From Candidatus Latescibacterota bacterium (GTDB lineage: Bacteria; JAAXHH01), in the NCBI GenBank assembly GCA_022821085.1, contig JAJEEG010000003.1, positions 17,563 to 81,562 on the forward strand: a DNA stretch of 64,000 bases, written 5' to 3'. Shown in pieces: positions 32,181 to 41,587 of the stretch. A program made the position numbers and the translations under genes. Position 1 is the stretch's first letter; each line of letters begins with the position of its first letter. Under the pieces are notes generated by a model. The model was not told the origin of the DNA. It searched no databases and saw only the letters and a list, made by a program, of their open reading frames with translations.

Positions 32181-32285
32181 TCCGGACGGCTAACCCGCGC
32201 CGGGCCGCTAATCCGCTCCGGACGGCTAACCCGCGCCGGGCCGCTAATCCGCTCCGGATCGTTAATCCGCGCCGGACCGCTAACG
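32181..32285. repeat. 18-bp tandem repeat (36-bp super-unit) giving six in-frame stop codons on the minus strand
   Basis: cta/tta at 32190, 32208, 32226, 32244, 32262, 32280. Confidence 0.92.
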
Positions 32286-34079
32286 GTTCAGCCTGAGCGT
32301 TATGTCTTCCGTCTCCCAACCCAATCGTACTTCCAGGGTATCCGGATGGACCATGGACCGTTCGGCGGGAACGAACGGCAAGGCGTTGCCGTAATCGAAT
32401 TTCCCGTTTCCGTTTGCGTCGCGGTAGGCTTGAAGGATATACCGGCCCGGCAGCACGTTGTCAAACCGAAAATCCCCGGGACCGTCCAGTTGGGTCTCCG
32501 ATGAGGGCTCCGAGTCCCGCAACTGGTAAAGGGAGATTCCCACAGCTCCCGCCCCAGAGGGGTCTTCGTCCTCGAACCGTCCCGAAAGCGAACCGTAGCT
32601 TTCGGGATCGATGGTCGAGAAGGTGTACGCGAGCGTGTCGGGACGGTCGCCCGTGGCCTGCAGCGGCTGGTCGAACCTGTTACTGACCAGGCCGGCCAGT
32701 ACGAGAATCTCGTAGTCGGTACTCAGCTGCAGCAGGGAATCGGGTTGCATCGCGGCGACCGTGGCGTCGATCCAGCGGATATCCCCGCCTGATTCCTGGC
32801 CCGTGGAATCCCGAAGGACCACGGCCCCTTCCTCCAGGGTAACGGGTTCGCTGAACGAGAACCGGAGCTCGACGGATTGCGCGACGTCCCGCGAACGATT
32901 GTCCGGATGAACTTCCAGGAGCCTCGGCGCCGGCGGGTTCTCAATGGACGACCCGGTGAATTCGGCGGTATTCTCCGTCGTGTCCATCGGCTCGGACCAC
33001 GTGTTTTCCAGTCCGGTAACGGTCAGGCGATAGACCCGGTCACGGACCTGGGGCGCCGTGGTTAGCACGATGGTCGCCGGATCCGCCGGATCCTGGTACG
33101 CGGACGTGACCTCGAGGCTTTCGTCCGCTTCCACGCCGGCGATGGCATAAGCGCCCGTGTCCCGGACCATATCCTCGCGAGGCGCCTCGCTCAGGAAGAC
33201 GCTCACCTCGCGCCGGTGGGACACCCGGGCGGACATTACGTGCATGGCGGCGGTATCGTTCACGGCCATCCGGAACCACATGGGACCGTCCGACATGCCC
33301 TCCTCCGACATGCCCTCCTCCGACAGGACGACGTCCCGGGTGGGCACCCCGATGGGGTCCACGCCCGCGTCGTAGAGACGGTCTCTGCCCTGGTCCAGGA
33401 AGGCGAAGAGACGGTAACGGCCGGCCGAGAGATGGGTGAAAGTAAAGGTTCCGTCCCGGCCGGCCTGGGTCAGGTAGTCCGGGGTCGTACCGGCCGGGTT
33501 GGGGTCGGGCTTACCGGCGAGGTCGTAGGCCCAGACATAGGTGTTCCTGGCGGGCTGGCCGTCGTGGACCGTCAGGCCGTTGACCTCCCCCTCTTCGATG
33601 CTGGGGCCGGTCGACAGTGCGTATACAAAGGTTGAATCCATGCGGTTGCTCCGCATGTCCCTGATGCCGGTGCCCACCGTGATGATGTAGGTTCTGTCGG
33701 CCAGCAGTGGTTCCTCGAACCGGACCGTGATCTCGTTGCCTCGCCAGTTCGGTTCGGCTACGAATTCTACGATCGGCGCGATGTACAGGTTGCCTTCGAT
33801 GGAACGGGGCTGGATGCGTTCGCTGAAGGTCAGCGTCGGGGATACGTCCGGCGGCACGTGGGTCGAACCCGCCGGGGGATCGGTATCTACCACCCAGGGT
33901 GGAATACGGTCGCGCGGTCCGCCGGGCGGCATGCCTTCGCGGGCGCAGGCCACGGCGACCAGGCCGACTATGCAGGCCACGGTGAACAGGCAGGCCTTTC
34001 CGGCAAGGCCGACCTTGCCGACCAGGCCGGCCAGGCCGGCCGGAATCTTCAGCGCGGTGTGGTCCGGCGTCCCGTTCAT
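32280..34079 (-). CDS. Lipoprotein with bacterial Ig-like domains
   Basis: LVAVAC-A...P.GGP.D..PP, two Ig-like repeats (FSE), D.N.NG..D motif; start uncertain. Confidence 0.8.
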   Translation of the reverse strand: MNGTPDHTALKIPAGLAGLVGKVGLAGKACLFTVACIVGLVAVACAREGMPPGGPRDRIPPWVVDTDPPAGSTHVPPDVSPTLTFSERIQPRSIEGNLYIAPIVEFVAEPNWRGNEITVRFEEPLLADRTYIITVGTGIRDMRSNRMDSTFVYALSTGPSIEEGEVNGLTVHDGQPARNTYVWAYDLAGKPDPNPAGTTPDYLTQAGRDGTFTFTHLSAGRYRLFAFLDQGRDRLYDAGVDPIGVPTRDVVLSEEGMSEEGMSDGPMWFRMAVNDTAAMHVMSARVSHRREVSVFLSEAPREDMVRDTGAYAIAGVEADESLEVTSAYQDPADPATIVLTTAPQVRDRVYRLTVTGLENTWSEPMDTTENTAEFTGSSIENPPAPRLLEVHPDNRSRDVAQSVELRFSFSEPVTLEEGAVVLRDSTGQESGGDIRWIDATVAAMQPDSLLQLSTDYEILVLAGLVSNRFDQPLQATGDRPDTLAYTFSTIDPESYGSLSGRFEDEDPSGAGAVGISLYQLRDSEPSSETQLDGPGDFRFDNVLPGRYILQAYRDANGNGKFDYGNALPFVPAERSMVHPDTLEVRLGWETEDITLRLNR

Positions 34080-34082
34080 AGA

Positions 34083-34979
34083 TCAGGCGCGGGGATGCGC
34101 CTCATCGTACGTTTTCTTGAGGCGGTCGAGGGCGACGTGGGTATAGACCTGCGTGGTTGAAAGCCGTTCGTGGCCGAGCAGTTCCTTGACCGCCATCAGG
34201 TCCGCGCCGGCGTCGAGCAGGTGCGTGGCGGTCGTATGGCGGAGCATGTGGGGCGTCAATCCCTGCTGGCTGATCCGGAGACCGTATCTCCGCAGGATGT
34301 ACTGGACCCCGCGTCCCGTCAGCCTGCGGCCGTGTTGATTCAGCAGGAGCGCCGCCGTATCTTCCCGTCCCGTTTTGATCAGCATGGGGCGGACGTCCAT
34401 ATAGGCTGCCAGCGCGGCCAGCGCCGGCCCTCCCAGCGGCACGATGCGTTCCCTGTCTCCCTTCCCGATCACGCGGATCCGTTCCTCCGTCATTTCGATC
34501 GCGCCGACGTCGAGACCGACGAGCTCCGACAACCGCATGCCCGCGCCGTAAAGCAGTTCAAGGATGACCACGTCCCGCAGCCCGAGCAACCGGCCGCGGT
34601 CGGGCTGGCCGAGCAGGGCTTCCACCTGGCTCTTGTCCAGGAATCGGGGCAGGTGGCGGTCCCATTTCGGCGTGGTCAGGTAGACGCAGGGGTTGGAGGA
34701 AACGATCCCTTCCCGGCATAGGTAGTGGAAGAAGGACCGCACGGCCGCGAAACGGCGCGCGATGGTCCGCCTGCTGAAGCCTTCCCGGTGCAGGTGGTGA
34801 AGGAACGCCCGCACCACGGACTTGTCGACGGATTCCGGGTCCGGCGGATCGGCGCCGCCGTCTTCGGAGAGGAAAGACTGGAACTGGCCCAGGTCGCCGG
34901 CATAGGCCGACCGGGTATGCCGGGAGTAATTACGCTCGATCTCGAGATGATCGAGAAATTCGCTGACCAGTTTCTCCAT
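34083..34979 (-). CDS. xerC: Tyrosine recombinase XerC
   Basis: ERNYS.HT..AY..DL, GMR.SEL, GKG, PHMLRH, LGH, TQVYTH; follows topA. Confidence 0.9.
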   Translation of the reverse strand: MEKLVSEFLDHLEIERNYSRHTRSAYAGDLGQFQSFLSEDGGADPPDPESVDKSVVRAFLHHLHREGFSRRTIARRFAAVRSFFHYLCREGIVSSNPCVYLTTPKWDRHLPRFLDKSQVEALLGQPDRGRLLGLRDVVILELLYGAGMRLSELVGLDVGAIEMTEERIRVIGKGDRERIVPLGGPALAALAAYMDVRPMLIKTGREDTAALLLNQHGRRLTGRGVQYILRRYGLRISQQGLTPHMLRHTTATHLLDAGADLMAVKELLGHERLSTTQVYTHVALDRLKKTYDEAHPRA

Positions 34980-34984
34980 ATCGG

Positions 34985-37297
34985 TCAAGCCTCCTGGAGG
35001 GTCTGGCCGGCCTGGCCGGTCTGGCCGGCCTGACCCGCCAGGTCTGCCTGGCCGGAAGCATCGGGCTGCGACTCGGCGGCCCGGACGCGATGCTTGCACG
35101 ACGGGCACTGCAGCGCCTCACGGCCGGATCTTTCCTGTTTCTCGACCATGAGGGGATAGTCGCACCGGGGGCAGCGGCGGTCGACCGGCTTGTCCCACAC
35201 CACGAAACGGCATTTGGGGTAGTTGCTGCAACCGTAGAAGTTCCGGCCCTTCTGCGACCGGCGCGCCGTGAGGAACCCGTCGCAACCTTCTTCAGGACAG
35301 TCGACCCCGAGATTGACCGGACGCGTCTCCCTGCAACGGGGATATCCGCTGCACGCCAGGAACGGGCCGTACCGGCCGGTCTTCACGACCATTTTCTCGC
35401 CGCACTTCCCGCATACTTCGTCGGTATTCAGGTCGGCGTTCTCTTCGTCGTTCATCGGCCGGGTGTTCCGGCACGCGGGAAATCCCCCACATGCCATGAA
35501 CCGTCCGTTTCGGCCCCATCGGATGACCATGGCCTTGCCGCATTTCTCGCATTTCTCGTCCGTCTCCTCCGTCAGCGAGCTCTTCAACTCGGATCGCTGG
35601 GCGTTTACGGACTGCAGCCGCTCGTTGAAGGGCTGGTAGAAGTCTACCAGGGTGCCGGTCCAGTCCAGTTCTCCGGTTTCGATACGGTCCAGCGCGTCTT
35701 CCATCTTCGCGGTGAACGCCACGTCGAACAGGTCCGGGAAGGCCATGACCAGGATGCGGTTTACGGCCAGGCCGAGGTCCGTCGGCGTGAACCGGCCCGC
35801 TTTCATGGCCGCGTACTTGCGCATGCGCAGCGTGCTGATGATCTGGGCATAGGTACTCGGCCGGCCGATCTGCCGGACCTCGAGTTCCTTGACGAGACTC
35901 GCCTCGGTGTACCTGGGCGGGGGCTGGGTGAAATGCTGCCTGGGTTCGAGTTTCTCCAGGGCGAGTTTCTCGTCCTTCCGCAGCTCGGGCAGGGATTTCT
36001 CGTCGTCCTTGCCTTCCGCGTCCTCGTCGACCGGTTCTTCATAGGCCTTCAGGAATCCCGCGAAGGTCGGCACGGTGCCCGTGGCGCGGAACTGGTACTT
36101 GCCGGACCGGATGTCCACGGTGGTCACGTCGAAACGGGCCGGACGCATCTGGGACGCCACGAAGCGCAGCCAGATCAGTTCATACAGCCTGTACTGGTCC
36201 TTCGTCAGGAAGGGCTTCATCTTCTCCGGTGTGCGGTCCGCCGCCGTGGGCCGGATCGCCTCGTGGGCGTCCTGGGCGCCGGCCTTGGTCTTGAACCTGC
36301 GCGGCTTGGGGGGGACGTACTCGTCGCCGTAGACCCGGCCGATCAGGTCCCGAACGGCCGAGATCGCATCGTCCACGACCCGGGTCGAGTCGGTTCTCAT
36401 GTAGGTGATCAACCCGATGGCCCCCTCGTCGCCCAGTTCGATGCCTTCGTAAAGTTGCTGGGCGATCATCATGGTCTTCTGGGTAGTGAACCGGAGACGC
36501 CGGGCCGCGTCCTGCTGCAGGGTGCTGGTGATGAAGGGCGGATACGGGTTGCGCTGCGTGCGCTTCCGCGTGATGTCCTCGATTTCAAAGGCCTTTCCGC
36601 GCAGGTCCTCGATCAGCGCCCGGGCCGACTTCTCGTCGGGCAGGTTGAACTTCTCGCCGTCCACGCGGATCAGCTTGACCGGGAATACGGCGTCCCCCTC
36701 CGACCGGAGGTGGGCCGTAATCGACCAGTATTCCTCGACCTTGAACTTCTCGATTTCCGCTTCCCGTTCGCAGATCAGCCGCAGCGCCACCGACTGAACC
36801 CGTCCCGCGCTCAATCCGCCGGTGATCGTCTTCCAGAGGAAGGGACTGACCTGGTATCCGACGAGACGGTCCATGACGCGGCGCGCCTGCTGGGCATTGA
36901 CTTTCTGCATGTCGATCGACACGGGCTTGTCGATCGCCGTCCGCACCGCCCCGGGCGTGATCTCGTGGAAGAGCACCCGTCCCACTTCCTTCTTGCTGTT
37001 ACCCAGTTGGCTGGCCACGTGCCAGGCGATGGCCTCGCCCTCCCGGTCGGGGTCGGTCGCGAGGTAGATCTGATCGGCCGTCCGCGCCGCGCTGCGGAGA
37101 TCTTTCACGACCTTTTCCTTGCCCGGGATCGTCACGTATTCGGGCTGGAAACCGTTCTGGACGTCGACGCCCAGGCTCTTGGGCGGCAGGTCCCGGACAT
37201 GGCCCACGGACGCCATGATCTCGAAATCCTTGCCCAGGTACTTCTTGATCGTACGGGCCTTGGCCGGGGACTCCACGATAACGAGTGATTTGGACAT
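34985..37297 (-). CDS. topA: DNA topoisomerase I
   Basis: IVESPAKA, ATDPDREGE, SAGRVQS, ITYMRTDS, C-terminal zinc ribbons. Confidence 0.98.
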   Translation of the reverse strand: MSKSLVIVESPAKARTIKKYLGKDFEIMASVGHVRDLPPKSLGVDVQNGFQPEYVTIPGKEKVVKDLRSAARTADQIYLATDPDREGEAIAWHVASQLGNSKKEVGRVLFHEITPGAVRTAIDKPVSIDMQKVNAQQARRVMDRLVGYQVSPFLWKTITGGLSAGRVQSVALRLICEREAEIEKFKVEEYWSITAHLRSEGDAVFPVKLIRVDGEKFNLPDEKSARALIEDLRGKAFEIEDITRKRTQRNPYPPFITSTLQQDAARRLRFTTQKTMMIAQQLYEGIELGDEGAIGLITYMRTDSTRVVDDAISAVRDLIGRVYGDEYVPPKPRRFKTKAGAQDAHEAIRPTAADRTPEKMKPFLTKDQYRLYELIWLRFVASQMRPARFDVTTVDIRSGKYQFRATGTVPTFAGFLKAYEEPVDEDAEGKDDEKSLPELRKDEKLALEKLEPRQHFTQPPPRYTEASLVKELEVRQIGRPSTYAQIISTLRMRKYAAMKAGRFTPTDLGLAVNRILVMAFPDLFDVAFTAKMEDALDRIETGELDWTGTLVDFYQPFNERLQSVNAQRSELKSSLTEETDEKCEKCGKAMVIRWGRNGRFMACGGFPACRNTRPMNDEENADLNTDEVCGKCGEKMVVKTGRYGPFLACSGYPRCRETRPVNLGVDCPEEGCDGFLTARRSQKGRNFYGCSNYPKCRFVVWDKPVDRRCPRCDYPLMVEKQERSGREALQCPSCKHRVRAAESQPDASGQADLAGQAGQTGQAGQTLQEA

Positions 37298-37300
37298 ATT

Positions 37301-37342
37301 TGAAAGTAGTCGCGTGAAAGCAGTCGGGTGAAAGTAGTCGCG
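37301..37342. repeat. 14-bp tandem repeat x3 immediately upstream of the topA start
   Basis: tgaaagtagtcgcg/tgaaagcagtcggg/tgaaagtagtcgcg. Confidence 0.88.
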
Positions 37343-37366
37343 CTGGAGACGAAGGAAGGTCGGCCG

Positions 37367-37837
37367 TCAGTTTCCGATGATGCCCTCTTCGAGGTCGTCG
37401 GGCAGCCAGATCATGACCTGGCCGGATTCCGACTCGAGCAAGATCGGCGCGGCGATGGTTTTAATGTCATCCCGGGTGACGGAACGGGCGCCCGTCAGCA
37501 TGGCCCGTTCGATGATCAGTTCCGTCTGCGTATCGGTGATCAGGCCCAGTTCGCGAAGCTCCAGCAGGTAGCCGTACGCGTCCGGCTGGATCATCAGCTG
37601 TTCCACGGCGTGCAGAATCCGGTTGGGTTTAGGCTGAAGCGGCCTGGTCGGATCGACTACGACTTCCGCCTGCGCCTGGAGACGATCGAAGAGCCAGGCG
37701 AAGGCCGTGTTGACCTCCTGCTGGGTATAGCCGTGGCCGACCAGGGTCTGGGAGACGTCGGCGATGTCGTTGAAGCGGCCTTTTTCATCCTGCATGTGCT
37801 TCATGAGGAAAACGATGATTTCCATCACTTTTTCCAT
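37367..37837 (-). CDS. smg: Smg / DUF494 family protein
   Basis: L...GY...E...AF.WL, R.L...E, E.IIERAM; upstream of topA. Confidence 0.82.
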   Translation of the reverse strand: MEKVMEIIVFLMKHMQDEKGRFNDIADVSQTLVGHGYTQQEVNTAFAWLFDRLQAQAEVVVDPTRPLQPKPNRILHAVEQLMIQPDAYGYLLELRELGLITDTQTELIIERAMLTGARSVTRDDIKTIAAPILLESESGQVMIWLPDDLEEGIIGN

Positions 37838-37930
37838 GATTTTCTCCTGAAGGAATGCGAAGATGTGATTAGATCCGGGCCGAAGAACGACCCCTGGCCG
37901 TACACCGTACTTTTCGGTTTTCGCTGTCCA

Positions 37931-37959
37931 AATCTAAGCTTCCGGGGGGCCGCATGCAA
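37931..37959 (-). promoter_or_regulatory. Putative sigma70 promoter for smg-topA-xerC
   Basis: TTGCAT-17nt-TAGATT. Confidence 0.55.
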
Positions 37960-37984
37960 GTTTTTTTACCGGTCCCGGACGGCG

Positions 37985-39007
37985 TTACGCCGCTTCGAAC
38001 ACCTTGCCGATTTCATCCCTGTCGAAGACCGGGAGATCGGCGATTTCACCCTTGCTCCTGATCCGGATGCCGAATCCGGAAGGTTGTACGGACCCGATCT
38101 CGGCGACCGGGATGCCGGCTTCGTCAAGGTGGGCCGCCAGGGGCTCCGCACGGTCCGGGTCCACCACGATGAGCAGGGCGCCCGACGCGATGACGCCCAG
38201 GGGATCCAGGCCGTAAAACGCGCAGAGGGCCTCCGATTCCGGCAGCACCGGAATCCGTTCCTCCTCGATGAGCATGCCGACCCCGGAAGCGACCGCGATC
38301 TCCCGCAGTCCCGACGCGAGTCCGCCCTCCGTGGGATCGTGCATGGCGTGGACCCCGCCGGTTTCCATGGCAAGGCGGGCTTCCCTCACCACGCTGAGGC
38401 CGGGTTGCCTGAGGTAACGACGGCAGGTCTCGAGAAACTCGTCGGAGAATCGCGTCCGGACCTCGTCGCTTTTTTCCATGGCGATCAGCGCCGTCGCCTC
38501 GATGGCGATTCCCTTGGTCAGGAGAATCCGGTCGCCCACCCGGGCGCCGTCGCCCGAGACATAGCCGTCGGCCGTCGTTTCCCCCAGCATCTGCCCGATC
38601 AGCAGCGGCCGGTCCAGGCCGTGGGTGATTTCGGTGTGTCCCCCGCAGAGGGTGATGCCGAGTTCCCGGCAGGCGTCGGCCAGGCCGGAGAATATGCGGT
38701 CCACCAGGCCGGCGTCGGTTTTGGCTTCCGGAAGCAGTATGGTCGAGAGGAACCACCGGGGCGCCGCACCCATGGCGGCGACGTCGTTGGCATTGATATT
38801 GACGGCGTACCAGCCGATTTCCTCGGTGGCGAAGGTGATGGGGTCGGTTTTCGAGACGAGTACGCTGGAACCGAAGGAGATGACCGCCGCGTCCCGGCCG
38901 ATGCCCGGGCCCACGAGCAGTCTCGGGTCGGCGCCGGAAGCATAGCGGCGCAGGATGCGGTCCAGGTCTTCCGCGGGCAGCTTGCCGACCGGGTAATAGG
39001 GAGGCAT
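37985..39007 (-). CDS. AIR synthase / HypE / ThiL / SelD-fold ATP-binding protein
   Basis: GKLP, GPGIG.DAA, TDPIT, NAND, GGHTE, MHDPTEGG, SGAL. Confidence 0.85.
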   Translation of the reverse strand: MPPYYPVGKLPAEDLDRILRRYASGADPRLLVGPGIGRDAAVISFGSSVLVSKTDPITFATEEIGWYAVNINANDVAAMGAAPRWFLSTILLPEAKTDAGLVDRIFSGLADACRELGITLCGGHTEITHGLDRPLLIGQMLGETTADGYVSGDGARVGDRILLTKGIAIEATALIAMEKSDEVRTRFSDEFLETCRRYLRQPGLSVVREARLAMETGGVHAMHDPTEGGLASGLREIAVASGVGMLIEEERIPVLPESEALCAFYGLDPLGVIASGALLIVVDPDRAEPLAAHLDEAGIPVAEIGSVQPSGFGIRIRSKGEIADLPVFDRDEIGKVFEAA

Positions 39008-39053
39008 GTCTCGCTGATTGGCGTGGGTGCGTCGATGTCCGCGCGTCGGCGGT

Positions 39054-39356
39054 TTATTCCCGACGCTTCCGCTGGGCGCGCAAAGCTTCTTTCAGGATCT
39101 TGCCGGGCTTGAACTTGGCTTTCCGGCGGGCCGGGACCTCGATGGTGTAGCCGGTCCGCGGATTGCGGGCCGCCGGCTTGGGGCGGGTATTCCTGATCTC
39201 CAGCGCGCCGAATCCCCTGATCTCGATCCGGTTGCCTTCGACCAGGTTCTCCCGCATGATTTCGAAGAGCGCATCGATGACGGGGTAAATCTGCGTCTTT
39301 TTCAATCCCAGCGTCTCGCTGATTTCATTGACCAGTTCTCTGCGCGTTGTCGTCAT
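39054..39356 (-). CDS. HU/IHF family DNA-binding protein
   Basis: IEIRGFG, ARNPRTG, FKPGK.LK. Confidence 0.93.
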   Translation of the reverse strand: MTTTRRELVNEISETLGLKKTQIYPVIDALFEIMRENLVEGNRIEIRGFGALEIRNTRPKPAARNPRTGYTIEVPARRKAKFKPGKILKEALRAQRKRRE

Positions 39357-39373
39357 GAAGGTTCCTCGGTCCG

Positions 39374-40036
39374 TTACCCTTCGTTTCCGCCGGATGGATA
39401 GGGCCGGCCGTACATTCGGTGCAGCTTGTCCACGTTCTCCTGGTCGATGGAGTTGACCTGGCCGAGCATGCGCGCCACGAGGGCGATCTGTGCGCAGTGC
39501 TCCATGGTTTCCATCTTGTGATAGGCCGAAACGATGTCCGGCCCCAGGGTCAGCGCGCCGTGGTTTTCCAGCAGGACCGCGTCGTGGTTCCGTACGAATC
39601 CCCGGAGCGATTCGACCAGTTCCATGGTTCCCGGCGTCCCGTAGGGCGCGATGGGTACGAAACCCAGGGAGACGATCACCTCGGGCAGCAGGGCGTCGGG
39701 CAGATGCACACCGGCCACCGAGAAACCCGTCGCGGCCGGGGGATGGGCGTGGGCCACGGCGTGCACGTCCGGACGCTCCCGGTACACCATAAGGTGCATC
39801 TTCATCTCTGACGACGGCTCGTGCTTCCCCGAGATCACCGCGCCGTCGTAGTCGACGATCACGAATTTGTCCCGGTCCAGGAAACCCTTGCTCACCCCGG
39901 TCATCGTGATCAGCAAACGGTCCTCGGACAGTCGAACGCTTAAGTTCCCGTCGTTCGAGGCTACGTATCCCCGGTCATACATCCGCTTGCCGACGTGGAT
40001 TACGTCGGATACGACTTGCTCAAGTTGCAAAATCAC
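39374..40036 (-). CDS. Class II aldolase/adducin family protein
   Basis: DGNLSVR, SSE..MH, HAHP, LLENHG. Confidence 0.9.
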   Translation of the reverse strand: MILQLEQVVSDVIHVGKRMYDRGYVASNDGNLSVRLSEDRLLITMTGVSKGFLDRDKFVIVDYDGAVISGKHEPSSEMKMHLMVYRERPDVHAVAHAHPPAATGFSVAGVHLPDALLPEVIVSLGFVPIAPYGTPGTMELVESLRGFVRNHDAVLLENHGALTLGPDIVSAYHKMETMEHCAQIALVARMLGQVNSIDQENVDKLHRMYGRPYPSGGNEG

Positions 40037-40079
40037 GTTGTTCCGGTTGAAAGATTGCGGATTGCGGTGGTACGGTTCG

Positions 40080-40108
40080 AATATATCGGGCCCGCCGTCC
40101 CCTTACAA
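40080..40108 (-). promoter_or_regulatory. Putative sigma70 promoter for the aldolase-HU operon, with AT-rich upstream tract
   Basis: TTGTAA-17nt-TATATT. Confidence 0.5.
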
Positions 40109-40153
40109 GTATTATTATTTCCATAAGTTATAAGCAAGTTACAAGCCGGAGAT

Positions 40154-41587
40154 CTACAGGCCGGACTGCACGATTCGCGCCACGTCGGAGATGCGGTGCC
40201 GCGCCACGCCCCGCATATCGATCCGGACCCGGTCCCTGCCGCATTCGGCCAGCAGTGGCGGGGTTCCCTTCAACCACCGGGCCGCCAGGCCGCCGGGATC
40301 GCCGCCCGGCGGGCGTATGGATACGGCGTAACCGGACAACCCATCGGCGGGGAGGCGGTACGCCGTGAGATACGAACGGCTTTCGATCACGTCACACGCT
40401 CCGCGAAGCCGGCCGTCTTCCGCCAGGCGTTCGAACAGCAATCGGGCGCGGGCGCCTACCTCCTCCACAGACGCGGCCAGCGTGTGGGCCGCCGGATGGC
40501 ACGCGAGGTCGCAGGAGCCTTCGGCCAGTTCCGCCAGCCGCGCGTCGAATCCCGCTCTCACGTGATGGGAGGCCCGTGCCGCGGGCCAGGTGTCGTGCGA
40601 TTTCAGTCGCGCGATGATCTTTCGCGTCCCGATCAGCAGTCCGCAGGACGGGCCGCCGATCAGGCCGCCACCGGCCGCGATGGTCAGTGGCGTGCCGGAC
40701 CGCACGGCATCGGAAACCGAGCTCCTGGCCGCGAAGGGGGCGGAAGTGACCGGGCGCAACGTTGAATCGCCGGCCAGGCGAAGCACCGTGGCGCCGGACT
40801 CCGCTCCGGCCCGGACGATTTCCTCCAGCGCCGCTTCTTCGGTGAAACCTCGAAGGGCGCAGGTGGACGGACGCGCGGTGACGATCAGTGCGGTCCGGTC
40901 TCCCGCCGCACGCCGGTAGTCGGCCAGGCGCGTCTTGTTGGTTGCACCGGTCTCGACCATCGTGGCGCCGGCAAGCGCGCAGAGCGACAGCGGGTTCACG
41001 GGCCGATCCTCGTAAGGCGCGTCGATCAATCCCGCCTGGCTGCGGCCGATGACCACTTCCGCCCGTCCCGCGAGCGCGCGGACCGCCAGGAGGAAGGCGT
41101 CGGCGACGGACCGGCAGACCAGTACGTCTTCGGCGCCGGTCAATTCGCGCATGAGGCCGGCGGTTCGGCCGGACTCCTCGTAAGCCGCGAGGGTAAGGGC
41201 CAGCCCTGCGGCTCTCCCGGCGGCCGTTCCGGCGCAGGGGGCCCGCGCGAGCGGATGGAAGAGGATGCCGGAGGCGTTGATCAGCGCCCCGCTCGCCGAA
41301 TGGGCTTTATCCTCCAGGCGCGCGGCGGCCCTTTCGGCGAAGTGCTCCGGCGCGAATCCGTCCGCTTCCGAGAGTTCGCTGGCTTCCGCGTATCCGTCCG
41401 CTTCCTTCTCCGTGGGACGAAGCCGGATCCGGTCCCGTGCGTCGCGCAGCACCTTCCGGATCGCGGCGTCGATCTGCCCGTCCTCGAAACGTCCGCGCAG
41501 CGCCTCGATGCGGGATTCGCCTTGCACCAGGCGCACGGAAGGCAGGCGGGCAAACTGGCGCTGCAGCGCTTCCCGGTCGGCTTTCAT
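40154..41587 (-). CDS. SelA (selenocysteine synthase)-like protein lacking the catalytic PLP lysine
   Basis: SelA-like blocks LPSV, LINASG.L.H, TGAED, ETGATNKT..DY, GFT, GGP, IDMR; FSGDKLLGGP replaced by AAGGGLIGGP. Confidence 0.8.
   Translation of the reverse strand: MKADREALQRQFARLPSVRLVQGESRIEALRGRFEDGQIDAAIRKVLRDARDRIRLRPTEKEADGYAEASELSEADGFAPEHFAERAAARLEDKAHSASGALINASGILFHPLARAPCAGTAAGRAAGLALTLAAYEESGRTAGLMRELTGAEDVLVCRSVADAFLLAVRALAGRAEVVIGRSQAGLIDAPYEDRPVNPLSLCALAGATMVETGATNKTRLADYRRAAGDRTALIVTARPSTCALRGFTEEAALEEIVRAGAESGATVLRLAGDSTLRPVTSAPFAARSSVSDAVRSGTPLTIAAGGGLIGGPSCGLLIGTRKIIARLKSHDTWPAARASHHVRAGFDARLAELAEGSCDLACHPAAHTLAASVEEVGARARLLFERLAEDGRLRGACDVIESRSYLTAYRLPADGLSGYAVSIRPPGGDPGGLAARWLKGTPPLLAECGRDRVRIDMRGVARHRISDVARIVQSGL

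Noticed and set aside
34083-34979. Tyrosine recombinase as a mobile-element integrase
   Set aside because: XerC-type sequence in housekeeping topA context, with no att sites or cargo; no dif site was recognised.
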